From Microgenomates group bacterium Gr01-1014_5 (GTDB lineage Bacteria > Patescibacteriota > Microgenomatia > UBA8517 > UBA10165): a stretch of DNA of 64,000 nucleotides. The position numbers and the translations under genes were made by a program. The notes beneath the pieces are model-generated. The model saw only the letters and a program-made list of their open reading frames with translations, was not told the origin of the DNA and ran no database searches. Position 1 is the first letter of the stretch. Each line of letters starts with the position of its first letter. The stretch covers positions 6,431 through 70,430 of the forward strand of contig VMGE01000004.1 of NCBI GenBank assembly GCA_007376395.1, given 5' to 3'. Shown one piece after another: positions 27,838 to 38,102 of this stretch.

Positions 27838-29940
27838 ATGGCAGTTCAAGCAGAAACACTCAGAGAATTAACTGCCGAAAGACTTCAATTTATAAGTGCC
27901 GCACTAGCCAGAAAAGCTGCTAATGAATACTCAGAAGGAAACCCCGATATAGCTGACGCAAGCTTGCGATTAGGTGTTGACATAGCTGAAACAAGACAGC
28001 GTCTTCGAGTAGAGTTAACAGAAATTGCCGCCAGGTTGCGTGGTCTTGGGTTAGACGATCTCGAAGGAACAACAATATCTCCACCGGTTGTTCCTGCAAA
28101 GGAAAATTTACCACCGGAAAATCCCTACGGAAAGCTTTGGATAGGATTGGGAAGAAAACCAGTTAATGTATATGCGATGGGCACGGCTCTTTTCTCATTA
28201 AACGAAAATGGCACTTTATTACACAAGTCAAAAGATGAAGTAGTAGACGCTGCAAATTTAGGGAGTCATCCTAATTTTCAGACCACAAGAATAGATTTAA
28301 GAGATAAAATGTTGAAAATTGGTGAAGAGGAGTGCCTGACAATCTTTTCGGGTTTGAATAAATGCCTTGAGATAGCCAGAAAAGAAGTTCCCAATAGACC
28401 GTTTGCTGATTGCTTACAATATTTAATGTATGACAGGTTTTATCCCCCTTCGCGAACCGAGAGCGTTAGCTCGCAGGTCAGAGCGAAGTGTTGTTCGCTT
28501 CGGAGGGATTCCGCTCCCGACGAAGCGCGGGGAGAAGATACTCCGACCGTCAGGTCGTGGGAGCTTCATGGCGTGGAAAAAGAACCTGTTGAATCAGCCA
28601 CAGAGCCTAATAAAAGGAATGGGCAAAGACAGGAAACGCTAGTCAGAGAGTTATTCGCTTTGAACGAAGAACAGACAGGTTTGCGTCATCAGGATTTTAA
28701 CCAGGTGGTCGAGTCAGCATACGCTGATAAGTTAAAAGGCATAGATGGTCAAAGAAGGGAAAAGCAGATCAGAATTAATCAATCGAGCGGTTATCAATCC
28801 AGGAACTTGATAAGGAGTCGTATTGCAATGCAAGGCGAAGAATGGGTAGTGTTTAAATATCCGGACGTAAAAACGTTTCTTGTTTGGGCAAGACAACAAC
28901 CCCAATTTGCCAAGATGTGGAGTTTTCTTGATTTGGTAGATTATGGTCTAAGGCTCAAGAAGGTTGAGGTGGCAATTACGCCTGTTCAGCCTGTGGTTGA
29001 AACCCCAATTATTGCACCAAGTCCAAACGGCGCAGTCGCGGAAACTGAGCAAACTATTTATTCTGCACCTCTTGAGCCAAAAACCGAACCAGAACCAGAA
29101 CAGCCGAGCGTTACTATTAATAATTCTACTTATTTCCACTTACTGACTATTTTGCGTGAAGTTGATTCTGAAAAAGGAAGAGAGTTTAACCTAAGCTTTA
29201 CTAGAGAAGATAGAAGTTTGATAGCTATTTACCATTCAAGACTCCGCTCTGTGCTTTCTTTAAGAGATTTATCACGAGAAGGTATTAATATTCTCATCCA
29301 GGCTGTACGTTTACTGCAAAACAAAGCCATGGTTGTTAACGAGGTTGCTGTTGCGGGTGTAGAAAGCTCAAAAATACTAGCCGAAGTAGCAAAATCAAAC
29401 GCAGACTTTATAAATTTTATTAGGAGCAAGAGAAAAACTTTCAAACCAAGTGTGCAAGTTGTTGAGCGGGTGGAAGCTAAGGAAGCCCCAAAAACCCTAA
29501 AATTAAGTACTGGTGAGAGGTTTTGGTTGGTCAAGGCTGCTTGTGAACTGCCTCCGGCTGATTACAGATTCTCAGGTATTCCGGATTCGCATCTTCCGAC
29601 AAATACTTGGAGGTTAAGAATTGGAGAAGAAGTGTTGGGACTTTTATCTGAGCCTATTTTGCTTGAACAAAAAGACGAAGACATAGAAAGTCTTAGGGAA
29701 AAAATCTGGGGTGCGTACTGTGAAGGCAGAAAGAGTGAATTTTTTCACGCAAACAGCGCTTATAAAGCAAAAGAAGTTTTAGAACTTTTGTTTAGCATTG
29801 ATGATAAAAGAAGTTTTGCTACAATACTTGATCGTCTAATAGAAGTCGCAAGGAAAGCCTCGACCGATAAGGTTGTGGTTGATCCCAACTGGATGATTCA
29901 AGCAAGACATATGTCCCCTTCGATAGCTCGACAAGCCTAA
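27838..29940 (+). CDS. large hypothetical protein carrying an in-frame GC-rich element
   Basis: 700 codons. Segment 28441-28570 is abruptly GC-rich and palindromic but preserves the frame. Confidence 0.5.
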   Translation: MAVQAETLRELTAERLQFISAALARKAANEYSEGNPDIADASLRLGVDIAETRQRLRVELTEIAARLRGLGLDDLEGTTISPPVVPAKENLPPENPYGKLWIGLGRKPVNVYAMGTALFSLNENGTLLHKSKDEVVDAANLGSHPNFQTTRIDLRDKMLKIGEEECLTIFSGLNKCLEIARKEVPNRPFADCLQYLMYDRFYPPSRTESVSSQVRAKCCSLRRDSAPDEARGEDTPTVRSWELHGVEKEPVESATEPNKRNGQRQETLVRELFALNEEQTGLRHQDFNQVVESAYADKLKGIDGQRREKQIRINQSSGYQSRNLIRSRIAMQGEEWVVFKYPDVKTFLVWARQQPQFAKMWSFLDLVDYGLRLKKVEVAITPVQPVVETPIIAPSPNGAVAETEQTIYSAPLEPKTEPEPEQPSVTINNSTYFHLLTILREVDSEKGREFNLSFTREDRSLIAIYHSRLRSVLSLRDLSREGINILIQAVRLLQNKAMVVNEVAVAGVESSKILAEVAKSNADFINFIRSKRKTFKPSVQVVERVEAKEAPKTLKLSTGERFWLVKAACELPPADYRFSGIPDSHLPTNTWRLRIGEEVLGLLSEPILLEQKDEDIESLREKIWGAYCEGRKSEFFHANSAYKAKEVLELLFSIDDKRSFATILDRLIEVARKASTDKVVVDPNWMIQARHMSPSIARQA
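28441..28570 (+). repeat. GC-rich palindromic mini-element embedded in-frame in a CDS
   Basis: CCCCTTCGCGAACCGAGAGCG...CGCTTCGGAGGGATTCCGCTCCCGACGAAGCGCGGGG. Composition and palindromes contrast with the AT-rich flanks. Confidence 0.5.
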
Positions 29941-29948
29941 TTTAATTC

Positions 29949-30686
29949 ATGCATTTTCTGGTAGTTCTTATAATTTCTCTAGCTGTTGCGGCCTTCGCGT
30001 TTTTTGGAAGTGGAAATATAAATAAACCCGAGGCGCCAGCCGACGGAGTTTACTCCCCGCAACCAGTTATTTCTGCGTCACCCTCCCCGGTTTTAAAATC
30101 AAAGGTTTTATTTGATGTGCCGTTTGTATCCCAAGCACCCACAGGAAACTGGGACGACCCGCGCCAGCAAGACGGGTGCGAAGAAGCTGCGGCTTATATG
30201 GTTATGTTGTGGGTAATGGGTAGTGAGGCACCAAAAACTCAAATAGAGCAAGAGAAGAAAATTGTTGAGATAGCGGATTGGGAAGAAGAGGAATATGGAA
30301 ATTATCACGATACAGCAGTTGAGGATACCGTCGAGAGGGTTTACCGCCAATACTTTAAATACGAGAAAGTAAAGGTGGTAAAAGACGTAACAGTAGAAAA
30401 AATAAAGCAGGAACTCTCAAGCGGCAATTTAGTTCAGGTTCCGGCAGACGGCAGAGCACTGGGTAATCCGAATTACACGGCACCTGGCCCCGAGCGCCAC
30501 AACTTACTGATAATCGGTTATGACGAGGCGAACGGCGAATTTATCACTAATGATAATGGAACCAGGAAGGGTAAAGGTTATCGTTATAAATACGAGGTGA
30601 TGATGTCTGCTATCCGCGATTATCCGACAGGTTATCACGAACCAATCACAGGTAAGCACAAGGCGATGATAGTAATTTCTAAATGA
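29949..30686 (+). CDS. papain-like C39_2-type peptidase-domain protein (secreted or anchored)
   Basis: N-terminal TM helix. VPFVSQAPTGNW...DGCEEAAAYMVMLW (putative catalytic Cys) and HNLLIIGYDEANGEFITNDNG (putative His). Confidence 0.45.
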   Translation: MHFLVVLIISLAVAAFAFFGSGNINKPEAPADGVYSPQPVISASPSPVLKSKVLFDVPFVSQAPTGNWDDPRQQDGCEEAAAYMVMLWVMGSEAPKTQIEQEKKIVEIADWEEEEYGNYHDTAVEDTVERVYRQYFKYEKVKVVKDVTVEKIKQELSSGNLVQVPADGRALGNPNYTAPGPERHNLLIIGYDEANGEFITNDNGTRKGKGYRYKYEVMMSAIRDYPTGYHEPITGKHKAMIVISK

Positions 30687-30761
30687 TAATATTTAAATTT
30701 TCTCCGTTCTACGTAGAATGGTAGAAAACAAGAAAAGTTAGACCTTTGATATAATTGATTT

Positions 30762-33194
30762 GTGTTCAAGCGTGAAAATATTTTAATTGCGAAGCAACAA
30801 GCTTTGCTTATCCTTCTTATTACACTTCTTCTGACAGGTATTGTTTTTAGGCAGTTTTTCACTAAAGGCTTTTTGCCTATCCCGGCAGATATTATTACGG
30901 CTGGATACTATCCTTGGGCAGATTCCTCCTGGGGTTATCCTGTCCGTGTCCCAATTAAAAATAGTTTGCCGTCTGACGTCCCCTCGCTTCTATACCCCTG
31001 GCGCGTCCAGGCTTTAGAAATTTTTAAGTCAGGCTATCTCCCTCTTTGGAATCATACAATTCTTTTAGGTACTCCGCTTTTTGCTAACTTTCAGTCTGCA
31101 GTTCTAAATCCTGTCAATGTTTTGTTTTTTGTCTTACCGACGAAACTTGCCTGGAGTTGGCAAGTCATTTTACAAATACCTTTATTATTTTTAACTACGT
31201 TTCTTTTTCTTAGGAATTTAAAACTTTCCTTGCCGGCGACTGTATTCGGCGCTTTATGTTTTACGCTTTCCGGACAAGTATTAGTTTGGCTTGAATATAA
31301 CACTCTAGTTTACACTTATATTTACTTTCCCTTATTGTTTTTTCTAGTAGATTCTGGTTATCCTTTGAACACGCTTTACACCTTGGTTTTTCTTGCTCTT
31401 TATTTTTTATATCGAATACTTCGTTCTGGAAATGTAACCCCCGGGAAATTCATTCTCTTGTTTCTGGGAATTATTGGGGGTTTAGGTTTATCAGCAATCC
31501 AACTGATTCCCGGGCAAGAAATGGCTAACCTTTCTGTCCGCGCGTTTGATAATACCGCTATTGCAGGAGACGTCAAATATTTACCCCTTTCTCATATTCT
31601 TAGTTTTTTTATGCCCGACTTGTTTGGCAACCCCGGTACGCAAAATTATTGGAGTTCGGGAAGTTTTGATAACTTTTCGTTTTTTATACCTGCAGTAGGG
31701 GCTTACTTTTTTCTTCTCTCACTTTTTACCAGGACTGCCTTTAGAAGAGGGAACTTGATCTTTTTACTATTTTGCGTCATATCTCTTTTTTGGGCGGTCG
31801 CGAGTCCGTTAACAGAAGCTTTTGGAAGTTTAAGTTTTGCAGGAATTGGAGCGGCAGTTAACACTCGGGTATTGTTTATTTTTACTTTTAGCGCCTCGGT
31901 TTTGGCAGCATTTGGATTTGAGGAAGTCTTAAAAAACAAGGTGAGTTTATTCTGTAAAATTTTGCCTTTAACTGTCTTTTTTGCAATTGTTTTAGCTTTT
32001 TTAATAGCTTATCAGGCTTCCCAAAAGTTAGAAAAAGAAGTAGAGGATCTTGTGGCAAGTAATATTTCTCCTAGTGCACTTTTTACAGACGCGGGTGAAA
32101 ACGCACTAAATTCTGCCCGAGAGGGAATTAGTAATTTCAAAATTGGTTTGCGCAACACTGTAATTCCAACCTCGGTTGCCCTCCTAACCTTTGCCCTGAT
32201 AACAATTAATTTTAGGAGGTTTAATATGTTGGTAATTCCGCTTTTGGTTTTAGCAGTCTTGCCGACGTTTGATAAATATCTTTCGTTCGTGCGGCCTGAT
32301 TTAGTTTTCCCAGAGACTCAAGCAATGACTCGTTTGCAAGAGTTAACAGGAATTCATAGATTTGAACGCGAAAAAGCAGAGATATTACCTTCCAACACGT
32401 GGTCATTATATGGATTGAGCTCTCCTTCCGGACAAAACGCATTTGCCCCGCTTTCTGCTGTTCGTTATCTAGATATGATCAATCGTGGAAAACTTGACGA
32501 CCGCTTGTTAACCCGTTTTGTGCATGTTGAAAACACAAAGTCGCCCCTTTTCGATACGTTGGATATCGAAACTGTGGCTTACTTGGATCGACACGTAAAA
32601 GAATCCATACCTTACAAAGACGGTAGGCCATTCCCCTGGATTATGCCAAACGATTTTACCGAACTTGCCAATATCGATACTGTCAGAATTTATAAAAATA
32701 CGAACAATTTAGGTTCCGCCTGGTTTGCCAAGAATGTTATTTGCGAACACGATTTGGCAAAAAGTTCTCAGATTTTGACGGCAGAAGGTTTTAATCCCCG
32801 CGAGACTGCTGTGGTTTCCTGTAGTCAGGGTATAGTTGACGCCGACCTAGGCGAGGCAAAACTATTAGAGAAACAGCCCAACGGTCTGAATTTTTTAGTT
32901 AACACGCCGGAAGGGAATTATTTAGTTCTTTCCCAAACTAACTTTCCCGGTTGGAAGGCGTATATTGACGGAGGAGAAAGCTCAATAACACCAGCCAACA
33001 TCGGCCTCTCTGCCGTGTATGTCCCGCAAGGCAAACACGAAATAGAGTTAAAATACGAGCCTTTGAGTATTAAGGCCGGCTCTGTTATTTCTGGTTTTAC
33101 CTTAATTGGTTGGATATTGATTTGTTATCTGAATGTAATTAAAATCAGGTCAACTGCTCGCAATATATGGCAAAAGAAAGATGGGCTTCATTAA
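30762..33194 (+). CDS. YfhO-family polytopic membrane protein
   Basis: More than 12 predicted TM helices. N-terminal YPWADSSWG...LPLWNHTILLGTPLFANFQSA is typical of the YfhO family. Confidence 0.65.
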   Translation: MFKRENILIAKQQALLILLITLLLTGIVFRQFFTKGFLPIPADIITAGYYPWADSSWGYPVRVPIKNSLPSDVPSLLYPWRVQALEIFKSGYLPLWNHTILLGTPLFANFQSAVLNPVNVLFFVLPTKLAWSWQVILQIPLLFLTTFLFLRNLKLSLPATVFGALCFTLSGQVLVWLEYNTLVYTYIYFPLLFFLVDSGYPLNTLYTLVFLALYFLYRILRSGNVTPGKFILLFLGIIGGLGLSAIQLIPGQEMANLSVRAFDNTAIAGDVKYLPLSHILSFFMPDLFGNPGTQNYWSSGSFDNFSFFIPAVGAYFFLLSLFTRTAFRRGNLIFLLFCVISLFWAVASPLTEAFGSLSFAGIGAAVNTRVLFIFTFSASVLAAFGFEEVLKNKVSLFCKILPLTVFFAIVLAFLIAYQASQKLEKEVEDLVASNISPSALFTDAGENALNSAREGISNFKIGLRNTVIPTSVALLTFALITINFRRFNMLVIPLLVLAVLPTFDKYLSFVRPDLVFPETQAMTRLQELTGIHRFEREKAEILPSNTWSLYGLSSPSGQNAFAPLSAVRYLDMINRGKLDDRLLTRFVHVENTKSPLFDTLDIETVAYLDRHVKESIPYKDGRPFPWIMPNDFTELANIDTVRIYKNTNNLGSAWFAKNVICEHDLAKSSQILTAEGFNPRETAVVSCSQGIVDADLGEAKLLEKQPNGLNFLVNTPEGNYLVLSQTNFPGWKAYIDGGESSITPANIGLSAVYVPQGKHEIELKYEPLSIKAGSVISGFTLIGWILICYLNVIKIRSTARNIWQKKDGLH

Positions 33195-33667
33195 TCAGTG
33201 GCGGCGGTTCAACGATGTTTGAAATGGCCAGCGCAATTCAGAGCGGAGAAATAGAGATGGAGGCAGCCTGTGTAATTGCGAGCACTCCCGAGGCAGGTGG
33301 GCTGATAAAGGCTCAAACTTTAGGTATACCTGTTGAAGTTGTTAACCCAAAGGATTATACAGGGGCAGATGGCAAAGTAGACTTATACGCTTTTGGAGTT
33401 GCAAACCTCGCTGTATTAAGAAAGTATGGAGCAACAGTAGTTACTCAAAACGGCTATCTTGCCCGCACTTCTGATATTGTCATCGACGCCTTCCGCGACT
33501 CAATTTTTAACCAACACCCAGGGCCCAAGCGTGAAACCCACGGAACCAAAGGTACGCAACCCCACGCGATTATGCTTTATATTGCGCAAGCTACCGGGCG
33601 CAACCGCGGTACAGAAGTTATTACTCACCGCGTTAACTCTAAATGGGATGATGGGCTCTTCCGGTAG
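33167..33667 (+). CDS. purN: formyltransferase-domain protein, PurN-like (phosphoribosylglycinamide formyltransferase)
   Basis: LISGGGS...GIPVEVV...FNQHPGP resembles the PurN N-x-H catalytic region. Shorter than canonical PurN. Confidence 0.45.
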   Translation: MAKERWASLISGGGSTMFEMASAIQSGEIEMEAACVIASTPEAGGLIKAQTLGIPVEVVNPKDYTGADGKVDLYAFGVANLAVLRKYGATVVTQNGYLARTSDIVIDAFRDSIFNQHPGPKRETHGTKGTQPHAIMLYIAQATGRNRGTEVITHRVNSKWDDGLFR

Positions 33668-33709
33668 AGCATAAACTCCAAATTACGCTTTTACAGCAAA
33701 TTGTAAAAG

Positions 33710-35137
33710 GTGAAGTTTGTGAGGTTGAAATTGCAAGACGATATACGGCCATACGCGAAGAGGAAATTTTACGGTCTGCACGGGTTTATGCCCGAAAAAG
33801 ATATCCTAATGGTTAAAGAAAGAGGGCAGACAGTTTTAGTTGTGGACGGTGGTGGAAGGGGGTCGGCTCTAGTACATAAATACTCGCTCTCTCACCGAGT
33901 CTCCAGAATTTTGTGTATCCCAGGAAACGATCTAAACGGACTTAATTCTAAAAAACCGGTCAAGATTTATCCTCACCTTGAGACAACTTCAGTCAGCCAA
34001 ATAGTTGAAATTTGTAAAAAAGAGAAGGTCGACTTGGTTGACGTTAACCAAGATAACGCAGTAGAGGCGGGTTTGACTGATGAACTGATTAAGAACGGAA
34101 TTAAGGCAATCGGACCGTCAAAACTTGCCGGGCAGATTGAATGGGACAAAGCTTGGGCTCGGGATTTTATGAAGAAATATAAAATTCCGCAACCAAAATA
34201 CCACGTATGTAATTCTCAAAAAGAGGGGATTACTTATATCAAAAAACAAAAAGACGGGAAGTGGTTTGTTAAAGCAGCAGGACTGGCGTTTGGCAAAGGA
34301 GCGCTTCCTGCTGAAAATAATAAACGGGCAATAGAAAGGATTAAGGAGATGAATAAATTTGGTAAATCTGGTGACACTTACGTAATTGAGGAGTGGTTAG
34401 AAGGTGAAGAATTTTCATTGTTCGTGCTTTGTGATAGTATCTCATACCACATAGTCGGTTGTGCTCAAGATCACAAACGAATGTATAACTGGGATTTAGG
34501 AGAAAACACCGGTGGTATCGGTTGCAGTACTCCACCTTTAGTTGTTGCTCCGAAAGTTTTGCGCGAGACCGATAGAAATATAATTAAAAAGACAGTTGAC
34601 GGGTTAAAAAAAGAAGGAAGAGAATTTAAAGGAATTTTGTATTTGGGAGCTATCATAGTCCGTGGTAAGGTATACGTAATTGAATTCAATGCTCGCTGGG
34701 GGAGCCCTGAGGCAGAAGTTTTGGTTCCGGCAATTGTGAATGATTTATTTGTAGTTTCAGATGCGATGGCCGAAGGTAGATTGTCAAAAATACATGTAAG
34801 GGTAGATAAAAAAGCCAGAGTAGCGGTGACACTTTCCTTAAGGGAAAACCCGACACCCGTGAACTCTAAGGTTGGTAGAAGAATTTATGGTATAGACCAA
34901 GTAAAACTAATTCCAGGTGTTACGCTGTATGGGGCAAGAGTTAGTAAGAAGGGTAACAAATACTATGCCGGATCCGGAAGACTGCTTCATATTGTGGGGG
35001 AGGGAAAAAATGTAATTGAGGCAAGGGAGAAAGCGTATCAGGCCGCATCACTTTTTTCTGTTGAAGGAAATAATCTTCATTATAGAACCGACATCGGCTG
35101 GCGGGACGTGGAGAGATTAAGGGTGGGAAACGCTTGA
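33710..35137 (+). CDS. purD: phosphoribosylamine--glycine ligase
   Basis: VLVVDGGGRGSALVHK. ATP-grasp segments EEWLEGEEFSLFVLCD and VIEFNARWGSPE. The true start may be an internal Met. Confidence 0.8.
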   Translation: MKFVRLKLQDDIRPYAKRKFYGLHGFMPEKDILMVKERGQTVLVVDGGGRGSALVHKYSLSHRVSRILCIPGNDLNGLNSKKPVKIYPHLETTSVSQIVEICKKEKVDLVDVNQDNAVEAGLTDELIKNGIKAIGPSKLAGQIEWDKAWARDFMKKYKIPQPKYHVCNSQKEGITYIKKQKDGKWFVKAAGLAFGKGALPAENNKRAIERIKEMNKFGKSGDTYVIEEWLEGEEFSLFVLCDSISYHIVGCAQDHKRMYNWDLGENTGGIGCSTPPLVVAPKVLRETDRNIIKKTVDGLKKEGREFKGILYLGAIIVRGKVYVIEFNARWGSPEAEVLVPAIVNDLFVVSDAMAEGRLSKIHVRVDKKARVAVTLSLRENPTPVNSKVGRRIYGIDQVKLIPGVTLYGARVSKKGNKYYAGSGRLLHIVGEGKNVIEAREKAYQAASLFSVEGNNLHYRTDIGWRDVERLRVGNA

Positions 35138-35167
35138 TCAAGCTCTGAAAGACAATGTCGTAAATTT

Positions 35168-35196
35168 AGCTTCGCAAGGTCTCTCCTTGCGAAGCT
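35168..35196 (+). terminator. perfect 12-bp-stem hairpin AGCTTCGCAAGG-TCTCT-CCTTGCGAAGCT after purD (member of a dispersed palindromic family)
   Basis: Read directly. Confidence 0.6.
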
Positions 35197-35210
35197 GACT
35201 TCAGCGCACT

Positions 35211-35233
35211 GTTTAAGGCGCCCCCTTAAACAA
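35211..35233 (+). repeat. 21-bp hairpin GTTTAAGG-CGCCC-CCTTAAAC, left copy flanking the 618-aa gene
   Basis: Near-identical copy at 37131-37153. Confidence 0.7.
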
Positions 35234-35271
35234 CCCAAACATTTTAGAAAAATGTTATATATACTTAAATT

Positions 35272-37128
35272 ATGAGTGAAAATGGCGAATCTGGCTCAAT
35301 ACCAAAAACTACTCCACCTTTTATTCGAGAATTTTCAAAAGTTAACAGTAAAGATGACCGCCTCGCTCTTGCACAGGAATTGAGAGCAAAACGGGCAGAA
35401 TATTTTGAGAGAAAAAGTTCTTTAACACAAAAATCATCAGAGGTTGCAATCAACATAGAGCAAACAGGAGAGCAGAAAAAAGCTGCTTTGGAAAATTTAG
35501 GAAACACACTTGAGGCAATCAATTCACTTCCAAGCCGCTGGTACGATAAGGTTTTAAATCTGTATAGAATTGTCAAATTAAATGCTCAAAAAGGAACCGA
35601 AAGTAGAGTTGCCAGTGAATTGCAAAAAGCAGAAGAGAGCCTGAATGAAGAGGAAAGTAAAATTGAAAAAGAGCTTAAAATACCTGGAAAAGATTTGGAA
35701 TTGGGAGAGGCTCGGCGCATGCTTGCTGGTTTTTACGAGAGACAAACCAAGCTTTGGCAGGAAGCGCCAATTGATCCAAAAGATCTCGAATATCTGCACG
35801 AATCTTATTTATCAAAACTAAATTTAGATCAATATATAACTTTGTTAAAAAAGTTTCCTTCCCGATTTTTAACACATGTAACAAGGCAGGGAATTAGGGA
35901 TCATATATCCCACCACGCGGTTCATCATGGCGATTTTATTGACGGTTTTGTTGATATTTTAAAAGCAGGAAAGCTTGATTCGGTTGTGAGCCAAATATTT
36001 AGAAACGGATTAAAAGATGAAGCAGTTGCAGAATTTTTAGGTCTTGAGAGGTACAAAAAATATGAAGAAGAAAGTTTAAAAAGACAATATGCGGATGAGC
36101 AGATGATGGGAGTTTATATTAGGAATATGGGTACTGAGCCTGCTATGCAATTTGTTAAGAAGAAGGTAAGAGACGAAACATTGAGCTCAGTTATACAAAA
36201 TCCTAATTCGCCTAGAATTTTTAGAGACAAGTCGTCTATACATTTCGCGTTTGACTGGGTTGCGGATTGTTATTATGGAGGTGAATCGGGAAACGAAATA
36301 TTTTTTGCGCTTCCTGCTGTATATGCGGCTTCAGAGTTGGGGTTAACAAGCGGTATTTCAAGAGAAAAAGAAACATATGAAAATTTTTCAAGAGTAGAAG
36401 CCGATGGTTGGAATGATGTTTGGGTTAATGGCGTCAAAAACGGAATAAACATTAATACTGCCATAGTTTTTATTCCGGCAAATACTCAAGTAGATAGAAA
36501 TACAGGTTCGCAATATGAATTGGATGAGAATTTAAAACCGGTTGAAAATAGCGAGCTGATAAACGAGGTTGTTAAACTCATGCGCAGGCCGGATATAGTT
36601 GATTATGCAAAAAAAAGCTTGCTTGCACATACTGCAGATTATGAAAAAGTGTCAGACCTAGAAGAATTAACCGGACTTAAAAGTGATTTGCTTTACATTG
36701 TTGCTAGAAATTTATCTACTGTAAGATTTCTTGACGAATTAGAATCACGCGACCCTTCAATTGATCCAGGGGGCGGCAAACAAAACTATATAAACAATGG
36801 CGGCGCATATAATGAGGTGAGGAAGATGCTATCCCAAGGCGGATATAATTTTAAGCTAAGCTCTGACACAATTTCTTCAAAAGATTATTGGGAAGACTTT
36901 TTTGCCAAAAATCCGAACCTGAAGCCAACAAAAATTGTTTATTACAGAGGTAGTCCTGAACGGGCTTTGGATGAATTTTACAAAAATAACGGGCTAGGGA
37001 CGGGGGACGCAGGTAAATTTTCCAATGTTGAAAAAGGTAAATTAAACGATCAGGAAATAAACGACGACTATAAAAGATTTATGGATATCGCCAAGGGAGT
37101 TATTGAGCGGTATTTTGCAGACAATTAA
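35272..37128 (+). CDS. large hypothetical protein (618 aa)
   Basis: Long ORF with coiled-coil N-terminus. Bracketed by two near-identical hairpins. Confidence 0.5.
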   Translation: MSENGESGSIPKTTPPFIREFSKVNSKDDRLALAQELRAKRAEYFERKSSLTQKSSEVAINIEQTGEQKKAALENLGNTLEAINSLPSRWYDKVLNLYRIVKLNAQKGTESRVASELQKAEESLNEEESKIEKELKIPGKDLELGEARRMLAGFYERQTKLWQEAPIDPKDLEYLHESYLSKLNLDQYITLLKKFPSRFLTHVTRQGIRDHISHHAVHHGDFIDGFVDILKAGKLDSVVSQIFRNGLKDEAVAEFLGLERYKKYEEESLKRQYADEQMMGVYIRNMGTEPAMQFVKKKVRDETLSSVIQNPNSPRIFRDKSSIHFAFDWVADCYYGGESGNEIFFALPAVYAASELGLTSGISREKETYENFSRVEADGWNDVWVNGVKNGININTAIVFIPANTQVDRNTGSQYELDENLKPVENSELINEVVKLMRRPDIVDYAKKSLLAHTADYEKVSDLEELTGLKSDLLYIVARNLSTVRFLDELESRDPSIDPGGGKQNYINNGGAYNEVRKMLSQGGYNFKLSSDTISSKDYWEDFFAKNPNLKPTKIVYYRGSPERALDEFYKNNGLGTGDAGKFSNVEKGKLNDQEINDDYKRFMDIAKGVIERYFADN

Positions 37129-37130
37129 CT

Positions 37131-37153
37131 ATTTAAGGCGTCCCCTTAAACAG
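37131..37153 (+). repeat. 21-bp hairpin TTTAAGG-CGTCC-CCTTAAAC, right copy, 4 nt after the stop codon
   Basis: 20/21 identity to 35211-35233. Confidence 0.7.
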
Positions 37154-37428
37154 TTTTGCCGGCTTTACCGTTTGGATTTTCACTTTGAGCGTTGCGAAAA
37201 GCAAGGTTCTGCGGAGCAGATTCTTATTTCTCCATTGTTAATTTCAACCGTAAAATTATTTTCCTGCGGCATTTTGGAAAGCTGATCATTCAAAAGTTGC
37301 TGGCCGATACCTCCAAAAATATCGGGAAAGGGGTTAAAAGAGAGACCGCCTAAGCTAATTTTTGTTATCTGTTGCACTTCCATATTCTACTACTGGAAGT
37401 GTCGGATATTTAAGTTGAATACAACGCG

Positions 37429-37460
37429 GGTTTGACAAGTCAGTACATTGTCAGTACAAT
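37429..37460 (+). promoter_or_regulatory. toxin-antitoxin promoter with overlapping direct-repeat operator
   Basis: TTGACA, 17-nt spacer, TACAAT. GTCAGTACA occurs twice (GTCAGTACAttGTCAGTACAatg) across the spacer and -10. Confidence 0.5.
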
Positions 37461-37466
37461 GTTTGT

Positions 37467-37709
37467 ATGTATATTCAAAAACTCTATAAAAACGGCAATT
37501 CAGTGGCCGTTACCATACCTAAACAGGTTTTGAGAGAACTTGACCTTCGTGATGGCACAAAGGTTGTGGTCGAGAAGCGGGGACAAGAAGTAGTGCTTAA
37601 ATCTGCAAGGAAGGTTAAAGCTCCTGGAGTGGATGCAAAGTTTATGAAAATGGTTGACGAGTTTATGCTGGGACATGAAGACGTCCTTGCAGAACTTGCA
37701 AGAAAGTGA
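37467..37709 (+). CDS. AbrB/MazE/SpoVT-type antitoxin
   Basis: KNGNSVAVTIPKQVLRELDLRDGTKVVVEKRGQEVVL is a swapped-hairpin signature. Overlaps the toxin start by 4 nt. Confidence 0.7.
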   Translation: MYIQKLYKNGNSVAVTIPKQVLRELDLRDGTKVVVEKRGQEVVLKSARKVKAPGVDAKFMKMVDEFMLGHEDVLAELARK

Positions 37710-38095
37710 AAATCAATTACCTCAACGTTCCTCAGGTTTTGGCCATTCACGATCAAGCGGTAAGGAGGTTTGGCGGATCGTTTGGTGTTCGTGATATTGG
37801 TCTTGTTGAGTCGGCTATTGCCAGGCCGCGTGCGACCTATGATGGAAATGACCTTTATCGAGATATTTTTGATAAGACAGCGGCTCTTTTGCAATCTCCT
37901 TTAAAGAATCATCCCTTTATTGATGGCAACAAACGGACAGCCCTGTCTTCAGCTGGCATCTTTCTTAAAATGAATGGGTATAGTTTGCAAAACAAACATG
38001 AAGAAGAAGTGAAATTTGCAATTAAAGTCGATAATGAACACCTAAGTTTAGAACAAATTTCCTCCTGGTTAAAAAAGAATTCAAAGAAAAATTAA
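37706..38095 (+). CDS. doc: Doc (death-on-curing) Fic-fold toxin
   Basis: HPFIDGNKRTA motif. Confidence 0.8.
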   Translation: MKINYLNVPQVLAIHDQAVRRFGGSFGVRDIGLVESAIARPRATYDGNDLYRDIFDKTAALLQSPLKNHPFIDGNKRTALSSAGIFLKMNGYSLQNKHEEEVKFAIKVDNEHLSLEQISSWLKKNSKKN

Positions 38096-38102
38096 CATAG
38101 GT

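Noticed and set aside
33167-33194. 28-nt overlap between YfhO-family gene end and purN-like start considered as evidence of a mis-called start
   Set aside because: Short same-strand overlaps are common in compact genomes. An internal Met could equally be the true start. Not informative enough to report.
35211-37153. The paired 21-bp hairpins considered as integron attC sites
   Set aside because: The sequence does not fit the attC inverse-core/core consensus (RYYYAAC...GTTRRRY). The hairpin is short and perfect rather than a 60-120-bp imperfect palindrome, and no intI is nearby.
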